A stretch of DNA of 63,094 bases, filler included, from Craspedostauros australis (lineage: Eukaryota), in NCBI GenBank assembly GCA_030167865.1. It is 9 parts of 9 records of this genome, joined end to end, with 100 filler letters (N's around TTAATTAATTAA, not from the genome) between each part and the next. Parts side by side here need not be neighbours in the genome. Positions count along the whole stretch, not along the records: positions 14,613 to 25,194 come from JALAGF010001289.1; positions 25,295 to 29,554 come from JALAGF010001291.1; positions 29,655 to 35,334 come from JALAGF010001292.1; 6 more parts are not named here. One strand, 5' to 3'. Position numbers and translations under genes: made by a program. This document shows positions 23,501 through 32,670 of this stretch, piece by piece. The notes below the pieces were generated by a model. It saw only the letters and a program-made list of their open reading frames with translations, was not told the DNA's origin and made no database searches. The stretch's first letter is position 1. Each line of letters opens with the position of its first letter.

Positions 23501-23651
23501 GAACATGCAACATACCATACGGAAGCAGCGCAGAAAGATAGAGAAGCCTGAGCAGAAGTGCACTTTCCTTGAAACGGCCAGCACAGTGATGCAAGAGCAC
23601 ATGAAAGGATACGCTTCTCTTCTCCAACAGATCTGGGTTCTCAAGATGTAA
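20590..23651 (+). pseudogene. Large tyrosine recombinase gene relic (Crypton/DIRS/PLV-type YR), interrupted by the insertion at 21379-21905
   Basis: EPLTLPDIRRL, Box I RDIALLFILFETGAR, KSQK, PREAVLS. After removing the insertion: HLFG, IRALCHYAGYPERYFSTHSAAKG (Box II) and GDYTTTSNALRLC. The same frame continues through stops into ORF 22470-23651. Confidence 0.8.
21379..21905 (+). mobile_element. 527-bp solo-LTR-like/MITE insertion with TAAT...ATTA ends and 5-bp TSD GTGGC
   Basis: Starts TAATAGAGCTAAAC, ends GTTTGGGCTCTATTA; GTGGC at 21374-21378 and 21906-21910; removal restores the YR frame. Confidence 0.9.
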
Positions 23652-24122
23652 AAAGAGAAGTTGGAGAAAACCATTGCAGTGTTCCAAGGTGATGAAAGCA
23701 ATGAAACCAGTGGCAGCTAATTGCATAACCAACTAGCAGTACTTACCATCAATGTCTATCTGCATTCCACATTGTTTCCTTGTCTTAGCACCATCAGGTG
23801 ATAGTGCTAGTGCACCTTGTTTTCATAGAGCATGTGCATGGGCTGGGGGATATGTGAGTATCACTTGTTGTGGCAGTGCAAGTCCTTCCCCCTCCTCACC
23901 CTGCAGTCACTCATGTCATGGGACTGCAGCCATCCATACATGAGGGGTGGAATATGTGGGACTGGTCAGGCAACAAGGTAGTCCAAGTGGGATCAACATG
24001 AGTTGATTCTATTCAATCGTGATACTTTGATTGGAAGGTGTGGCAATAATGGATATCACGACAAAGTTGTACACCCGATTGCCAACAGACATTGAAGTTG
24101 TCGACTTCAGCCTGTTCGTGGA

Positions 24123-24253
24123 GACATTCTTCCATCACAACATGAATCTGTCATGTCTGATGCGACATTCTTCTGCCACAACATCAATCTGTCACACCTG
24201 CTGCGACATTCTTCTGCCACAACATCAATCTGTCACACCTGCTGCGACATTCT
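24123..24253 (+). repeat. 41-bp minisatellite, ~3.2 copies
   Basis: GACATTCTTCTGCCACAACATCAATCTGTCACACCTGCTGC units start at 24123 (diverged), 24164, 24205 and 24246 (partial). Confidence 0.9.
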
Positions 24254-25623
24254 CCACATCTTCGTTCAGTATATTGACTGCATTCGTTCGTTGGGGACCA
24301 AGATGACGTGTCTGTCTTGTGCGAAACTCCACGATCGGTTGGGAAGTTTGATTCCTCCCTCTTGGGAGTACTTCACATGTGTGGTTGGTGATGGACGAAT
24401 CCGCCATTGCATGTTTTCTCGTGTTGTGTGTTTGTGTGTGTTTGTTCAGAACATGCGCTCAACCATCAACAAACAAACATGAACACGGACGCGAGAAGCG
24501 GAAGTCAGCAACTCACTGCCGCGACGTCCGCATTGTGGCAGTAGTGATGACAAGCGTGTTTCATGCGTTGCCACAAGCCACCCAACACTCATCGCACCAC
24601 ACTCGTACCAGAAATCAACACGCATCCGTCACATCGCCAATCGCCGCTCACAACGAATCAACACCCATCACATTGATTGTCACAACTTGTACAAAATGCA
24701 GCGTTGTCTCGCAGCATTGTCATCATCACTGTGATTGACCACCAGCACATTCAACTCTTCCAGCACCATGGTAACCATATCAGAGGCCCGCAGCTTTGAA
24801 TTTGTGAGAATACCAGCCTGGGTCATACAATGTAGGCTCCATGATGCAGAAGTCTGTGCCATCTACAGATGTCATTGTTGTCGTTCCAGGTGGACAGCCT
24901 CTCTTTCGATCTTCGAAGCATATCTGGGATAGGATCAATACATATTAACATTGGCAAAGACAGAGGGTGTGTGAGATAATGCATGCAACTCATCCATTTC
25001 ATTGTGAGTGTTACAGTTCCGTTGTCAATGTTCCAAAGTTGTGCTACTTACAAGTTCACAGCTGAGGAGCCCCAATGCACGAAGAATAATCCATGTCCAC
25101 TTCTGTACAGTTTTGACATCCTTTCCGGTTTGTCCTGCCAGCACGCCCCATGTTGGATATTGTTTGAGGAACATGAGAGCGCACAACAGGTGATNNNNNN
25201 NNNNNNNNNNNNNNNNNNNNNNNNNNNNNNNNNNNNNNTTAATTAATTAANNNNNNNNNNNNNNNNNNNNNNNNNNNNNNNNNNNNNNNNNNNNTCTTCT
25301 CACGATGTTGCTAGTAGTACGATCACACGATTGATCGTATTCACTTGAGAAGGTCAGGACAAGATTCGCACGTGTCACACCCAAGATCCAAGTCTGTCCT
25401 GATTGGNNNNNNNNNNNNNNNNNNNNNNNNNNNNNNNNNNNNNNNNNNNNNNNNNNNNNNNNNNNNNNNNNNNNNNNNNNNNNNNNNNNNNNNNNNNNNN
25501 NNNNNNNNNNNNNNNNNNNNTCGACCAAAATTTCCGTTCGGAACGGAAAAGGTAAGAAAAGTGAAGATTTCTGATTGGTCGACGGGTGTCGCTATTGTTA
25601 GAGATTTAGCGTGCGCTAATACA

Positions 25624-26521
25624 ACTGATGGAGGACATCGGGTTGAAGATGGAGAAGCCTGCAGATATAATGGTCGACAACGTGGGGGCGATCTTCATTG
25701 CCTCCAATCCATTGACATCAGCGAGAACGAGACACATCGATATACGCAACCACTTCATCAGAGAGCTGATTGCTAACAAGGAGGCGAGAGCTCGATTCGT
25801 GAAGTCAGAGGACAACATCTCCGACGGGTTCACGAAGAACACAAAGAAGGAAATCTATGATCGACACAAGGGGAGCATGATTCAGCCCAGATCGGCTTTG
25901 GACTGAACATGGTGGATGATATGGTTGGAGCGGCAATTGGAAGGGTGTCAGGAATCGGGTGTTCTGAAACACCGAATTGCCGCACCTCCCAGGAGTAAGG
26001 AGCCGAATGTCATGATATGCTACATTACCGCATCTCCCACATTTGGATCTTTGTGACAGAAAAATGTGAGCTGCACGTGTTTTGGTGATGGAGAACGACA
26101 CGTGCCGAATGCGAACCGTACCTTGGCGTTCGTGACCTCAATGCAGGAATGCCAATCACACGTGAATGTCGCAGGGGGCAGGGATGTGTTGGAAATCCGA
26201 GGTTAGTGTTAGTAGGAACTAATAGGTTGTTAGATCTTACTGGTTCAGAACTGTGAGCTCATTTTCTTCAGCTCCTTTGCCTTTCGTTTCACATATAGCA
26301 TTTTCGGCAGCAGCATCGTGTTGTACTGTTGCGTTCATGCATCTCATTGTCATGAATCTTTGCTTGCGTACATGAGATCATATCCGCAGGCATCCTTGTC
26401 ATGCACATCGTCGTGCATATCCGTAGGCATTCTTGCCATGCACCTCGTCGTGCATATCCTTATTCTACATTCCCTGCGGTACGATTCCACAGTCTTGTGT
26501 TTCTCTCTTGATCTCCTGACA
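25624..26521 (+). mobile_element. Copia 3' end: RNase H C-terminus (to 25906), PPT and complete 576-bp 3' LTR (25946-26521)
   Basis: VDNVGAIFIASNP..ARTRHIDIRNHFIRE..SEDNISDGFTK; TTGGAAGGG PPT; LTR bounded by TGTCAGGA...TCCTGACA. Confidence 0.9.
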
Positions 26522-29500
26522 CCGAACTTTACGATTGGTGTCATGTTGGGTGTCATGGATGATGCCCTTTCTGAGTTGTTCTAGTCCCTGGGTGACATGT
26601 GCCATGATCTCCAGATGGGGTGATCACCAATGTGTCGGTCATCATCTTCCTTCACATGATTTAGATGTCGTGGTCTTTTCTTGATTCATTGAGGACAGGC
26701 TTGTTTGCTTGGTAAGACTGAGGTCATTCCCGTGTGATTCGTGTCGTGGGTGGAATGGGCAATATTCAAAGGTGTGACAAATAATATCCAAAGGTGTGAC
26801 AAATAATGTTGGGAGTTGCGGCAATCATGGGTATCTTTTCGACAGAGTCGTACCCTCGATTCCTGACACCCTTCCATTGTCGCATAGACAACACATCACT
26901 CACACTCTCACATCTTTCATAATTTCGCGTCCTCTCCTCTCCGTCACTGATCCATTGTGGAACGCAGTTGGATGTAGTGATCCTTGTGTTTTTCGTAGGT
27001 CTCCTTTTTGGTATTCTTTGTAAAGCCGTCTGCAATGTTGTCTTCAGAACGCACAAACTTGGTTCTGGCCTCTCCATTGGTAATCAGTTCTCGAATGAAA
27101 TGATGTTGGATGTCGATGTGCCGTGTCCTGGCGGATGTTGATGGGTTGGAGGCGATGAAGATTGCTCCGACATTGTCGACCATCACATCTGCTGGCTTGT
27201 GCATCCTCAGTCCAATGTCGCTCATCAATTGTGTCACGAAGCGAATTTCCTTTCCTGCTTCCGACAGGGCGACGTACTCTGCTTCTGTCAAGCTGAGTGT
27301 TACGCTCCGTTGTGCCTTTGATCTCCATATGATCGGCACTCCTTGTAGTAGGACGATGTGCCCTCCTACGCTGATGCGATTGTCTTTGTCACCTGCGAAT
27401 TCACTGTCGGTGTATATTGCAATCTTTCATGCATCGTTGGTCAGTGGACTTGGATTCATCTTCAGTCCATATTCCCTCATGTCCCACACAAACTTCATGA
27501 CTCGTAGCATTTCCTTGTATGCTGTGGCTGTCGGTCCATCCAACACCTTGGTCAGTTCTTGCACTGCATTGGCGATGTCGGCTCGAGAGTGTTTCACCAG
27601 GTACAGCAGCATACCTACTCCGCTTCGGTATCTGCTGTGTCGTTGCTTGTCCACCTTGGGTGCATCGCTTTGCCTTTGGATGCCTTGCCCTGGTGTCCCA
27701 GGTGTTCCGTATCGTTGTAGTTTCACCACATCACTTCCAAACGTATCGATGATGTTCTTGAGGATGTGTGGCTGGTTGACCCAACAGTTCGTCTTGTCGT
27801 GGTTGAAGATGATCTTGCAGCTCAGGTAGTCTTCGAGATCCTCCTCCACTTTGACACCGAACCGTTCTGCTCGAATGTCTTTCACGAGCTTTTTCAATTC
27901 CTGCTCCTCTCCAATGCAGAGGCAATCGTCCACATAGGTGCCGACCAGTAGCAGTCTCCCTTCCTGATTCCGAATCAGTAGGCATGGGTCCACCTCGCTC
28001 TGTCTGAACCCCAGCTTGAATAGGATGTCGACAAGCTTCTTGTTCCATTGTCTCGCGCTCTGCACGAGTCCGTAGATGGTTTTCTTGAGTAGCAGGCATT
28101 CGTCGGCTTTGTGCCTCATTCCCTTTGGGCATTGCATGTAGATCTCTTCATCGAGGTCTCCATGCAGGAATGCTGTCTCAAAGTCAATGATGATACTGTC
28201 CATGTGTAATATCATCTTCATCGTGAGCATGATTCGATATGTTGCATCATGTATCACTGGTGCGTGGTGTGCTGAGAAATCGACTCCTGCGATTTGCGAG
28301 TATCCGCATGCCACGAGTCTGGCGCGGAATACCCCATTTCTCTTTTCCTTGAAGACCCATTTGGTCTTCACACACCGCCGATCCTTCGGCATCTGGTCCT
28401 TCTTAATTTTCTCCCATACTTTCCTTCTGGCCATATCATAGAACTCTTTTTTGATAGCTTCGCGCCATTTCTTTCTTTTGTTGGGATCTGCATGGTCCCA
28501 GCAGTCTTCGAATGTGGTGGGGTCTAGGAGCATTGCAACATTCGCGTGTTCCGCTCCGCCCTCACTTTGTTCGTCCTTCAATGCCTGGTCCGCAGCGATG
28601 ATGTCATCTAGTCTCATCATTCCTTGAGGTGTGTCTATCATTGTACCTGCGATATCTCTGTTGAATATTGACCCGTCTGTGTGGAAGTCAGGTCCTCCTG
28701 TTTCCGGTGGAGTTGTGATGGTCTCTTCGGGCGTCCCGTATCCCTCGCTGTCATTAGGTTCTGACTCATCACTTGATCCGAGATCTCGCTCCTCCTCTGG
28801 GATTGGGTCGTTGTTATACCCGGCGAGAGNNNNNNNNNNNNNNNNNNNNNNNNNNNNNNNNNNNNNNNNNNNNNNNNNNNNNNNNNNNNNNNNNNNNNNN
28901 NNNNNNNNNNNNNNNNNNNNNNNNNNNNNNNNNNNNNNNNNNNTCTCTTCGTTCGATTCATTTTCCCCTTGGGCAGGGAGCAAGCTATCTTGCCCTCGCG
29001 CAGCGTCATCAGTATCTTCTATTTCTTCGGCTCTGCTGCTGCGATCCACGTCGTCGGCCTCCATGCTCTTCATGGTCTCCGATCGTCGTTCCCAAGTTGT
29101 TCTCGTAGCTCGGGTGTTCATTCCCGACGTAGAGTCGTCATCTTCTAGATCTATCAGTACAGATCTGTTGGCATTCTCGATACCTCTGAATTGCCCGTAT
29201 GACTGATTCATCCATGTCACGTCTCTCGTGATTAGGATCTTGNNNNNNNNNNNNNNNNNNNNNNNNNNNNNNNNNNNNNNNNNNNNNNNNNNNNNNNNNN
29301 NNNNNNNNNNNNNNNNNNNNNNNNNNNNNNNNNNNNNNNNNNNNNNNNNNNNNNNNNNNNNNNNNNNNNNNNNNNNNNNNAATTTTCGTAGTCCATCCAC
29401 GAATGTTGGGATGCGGTTGTTGAAGAGAACACATGCTGGTTCTCTTGTCTTTGTCTCGATAATATTTTCAAGCTGAGTCGCGGTTCGGGCTGCCTCCGCC

Positions 29501-29554
29501 CACAATTTTCCACGCACTGTTTTCGGTAGGTGCGTTTGGTTGAGCATGGAGCGG
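26522..29554 (-). mobile_element. Ty1/Copia element: integrase end, RT, RNase H (to 26944), PPT and truncated 3' LTR (26868-26522); premature stop at 27427
   Basis: LWAEAARTA, KWVFKEK..RARLVACGYSQ, DFETAFLHGDLDEEIYM, LKKTIYGLVQSARQW, YVDD, YTDSEFAGD, RTRHIDI; LTR starts TGTCAGGAATCG after ATGGAAGGG. Confidence 0.95.
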
Positions 29555-29654
29555 NNNNNNNNNNNNNNNNNNNNNNNNNNNNNNNNNNNNNNNNNNNNTT
29601 AATTAATTAANNNNNNNNNNNNNNNNNNNNNNNNNNNNNNNNNNNNNNNNNNNN

Positions 29655-31740
29655 CCCCAATCGCCGTACAATCGTGCACTGTGGTGGTTGGTCCAAGATG
29701 ATCCCGCCAAGCTGAACTTTCCAACCCTCCCCGCACAACAGTTGCTGGAGCGGTACATCGGTGCATCGGTACATCATGATCGCTCTATACTATCAGCACG
29801 ATGGACCAAATTGGGTCTTCAACAAGGATTGGTTGACTGGACTGGAGACCTTTGTTTGGTTGGGAATCAGTTGCACAAATGATAATGCCGCCAACTTGGA
29901 TCAAATCAACGCACGTGAGTGATCCATTGGTACATACTGTGAAAAAACAGCTTACGATTACACATATGTATGGTTTGTATGATGGCGCTGATTGCACAGA
30001 GCTACATACTTGATGATTTGCGCAACAGCCTACTCTGCCTCACCACATCGTCTCCCTCGTCTGGCAATTCGCTCCACCCTTGCTGCACATAACTCCCCAC
30101 CATCCCTTGATCGTGATTGCACCTGCGAACCATACTTCCACATGACTCTACTGCCTGTCTCTGTGTGTGTTGAACTTCGACCCTTCAGTCAATAATGGAC
30201 TGAAGAATAGGATGTTGACCGAGATCGGGGTGCTCATTGATATGGGACGTATTATAATATCAATTTTGTGAGTGCACTTGCATTCGTCGCGGCGTTGTGA
30301 TTCAGGGGAGACGAACAGCTTTGAAAGAAAGAAAGGAAGAAAACAACACTCACATGCCAACGAAGCGATCCAATCCAACGTGCCCGTACATATTGGCTTG
30401 TGCTCAGACTGCATCCTCACACGTTGTTCGCACATCCATTCGTTGTTGCATAGCCGGGAACAGCATCAAAGGACCGTTGATATCAGAAATAGGACAACTC
30501 ACAAAGTTGGGTCGACTAGATCTTGGTAAGTTGCAAAAATATGTACATTCGCTGGATTCCTACCAGGCTCTACTTGCGGCTGACTCAGTATTGAATAGTA
30601 GAGTGGAACTCGTGTGCGTGGTATGATAGCTTGCAACTCACAATAATGGAGCTAAACTAGAAGTTAGGCTAAGGAAGGATTTCCTGGAACACATGACTCG
30701 TTTTCCCATGAATCGGCCTGAACCACGTTTCGGACATAACCACGTTTGGAGCAGGCACAAGTCTTCGAAGAAACTCTTTGAAATCCAGGACCCATGGAAA
30801 AAGGGTCCCAATGACTGTGTCATCGGAACCCCTCCCCACTGAAAACTTGATGCCGGTACAAGACTGCTGGATCTACAGTACGGTTCCACGTGGGAGTACA
30901 TGCAAGATGACCTTCGCCCAGCTTCCGGCTCCATGAAGGAAACTCTCCCATGGTACTGGAGCTACGCAAACCCTACGCCCCTTTTCTGACAGCAACCCAA
31001 CAAAAGGGCCCCCTCCTGTGGTACTTGGGCTACACAAACCCTATGACCCTTTTCCAGGGCAACCCACACAGGGTGTCACACCAACAAGAATAATTGCACA
31101 AATCTCATAATCCGCACATTTCTTCACCCATCATTCGTATTCTCAATTGACTACTTGTGATCCTGAAGACTCATGTTCGGACCCGCTTGCCAATCAAGCC
31201 TCTGCCCACAGCTATCAACAGCCAACAAGACAACAGCCATTACGTTTGGGCTCTATTACACAAAGCACAACTTCTTCCTTCTATTTCGCATTCTTCAAAA
31301 TCATCGCCAAAACCAACACCAACACCACAGCTCTCCAGACCGTTGCAGAATTGGCTGTCATGACTGGGGAGATTCCTTTGGAACTTGGGAAGCTCAGCGG
31401 CCTCTGAAGGCTCCAACTGAGCCACAACGGCTTCGTTGGCACCATCCCAACTGAACTCAATCAACTCTCCGCAAATCTCGATCTGAAACTCGTCACCATG
31501 GTGAATGTCACTGTCACCAGCAATCTCAATTCGATCCTTTGCAATGCAACGGATCCAACGCAGAAACGGACTATCGGTGAATACTCAGCTCAATGTCTAC
31601 CTTAGCAAGGCAGTGAGCTGCCAGCTATTGCGTGTGATTGCTGCAACGTCTGCTACAACGTCTGTTGCAACACTGCGATCTGTTGCGACATGATTGGAGA
31701 CGAGGGATGTTTCAATGATCTTCGTGGTGACTTAGAGAAC
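29655..31740 (+). pseudogene. Diatom-type multi-exon LRR protein pseudogene
   Basis: RALWWLVQDD..LLERY, ALYYQHDGPNW..WL..WLGISC (frameshift near 29751-29775); LRR exons GPLISEIGQLTKLGRLDL and GEIPLELGKLSGL*RLQLSHNGFVGTIPTEL; C-terminal CDCCNVC; GTGAGT/GTAAG donors; in-frame stops. Confidence 0.8.
30644..31258 (+). mobile_element. 615-bp second member of the TAAT...ATTA family, TSD CACAA
   Basis: Starts TAATGGAGCTAAACTAG, ends GTTTGGGCTCTATTA; CACAA at 30639-30643 and 31259-31263; the last ~160 bp are highly similar to 21750-21905. Confidence 0.9.
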
Positions 31741-32670
31741 ATAAACTAACCTTCAGATTTGTATCGTTTAGATTCGCATCTCTTTGCAGCCACACGCACC
31801 AGCTTGACCGCAATACAGGAAAGTAGGTCGTGGTAAAGACGATCGCATTGGTCCAAAAGGTTGCCGACCTATTCGACGGCACCGGTGTCATCACTGTTGC
31901 TTTTCTCGTCGTCGTGGTCGTCGTCGTGGTCGTTATTGCCGTCTACGGATCCTCTCCGCTTGCGCTTGTCATGCGATTGTCCATGCCTTACCCAACAGGT
32001 GGAAGCAGATCGGGCTCCGTCCTGCTTGTGCAGCATCAAAGGATCAACCCCATCCCCATCCCCATCCCGTCGCATTGCTCAATCGTCATACCATACAAGT
32101 GAATGGAACAAATGGCAAATGGTGCATGGCGAATACGGTCCAACCGCCAGTAGATTGGACGGCAGCGACGACGATAGCAGCGATAGGACGGCGATGTCGC
32201 TCACAACCCCCTTCTGACCGTGCTTCGATTTTCTTGTTTTGTCCAACCGCACGCAAATGACGTTCCGTCCAGGACGCGAAAGGTGAAAGAGAAGGAGCAC
32301 AGGATCTGAACAACACCCTCCAGGTCCAAAGATGCTGCGCCACGGGCGAGAAGCACGCCATGGGTGAGAAGCACACCATGGACGGTGATGCCATCTCATC
32401 CTATGCACTGAATGGAGGGAGAAGCGGTTGAGAAGCAGCTTTAGTCGCAACAACCGCAATACACCGAGAGTAGCTCAAGCCAACCATGCTCTACTTTGTA
32501 CAACAGGCAAGCGAGTCAGCGTTGAACAGGACAACATACCAGTATTCGTACGTCCGACACTGTCCACGAGAATCAACGAGCTGGCCCTTACCGAGGACGA
32601 TCGGGGAAAGTCGACATGAACGAGTAACGAGATTGTACGACAAATGAAGTTGTGCGTATTCTGAGTAGAT

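Noticed and set aside
24123..24253. CRISPR-like repeat near the recombinase
   Set aside because: Plain tandem minisatellite without unique spacers.
27427..27429. Programmed readthrough or selenocysteine TGA in Copia pol
   Set aside because: More simply a TGG>TGA nonsense mutation in a decaying copy.
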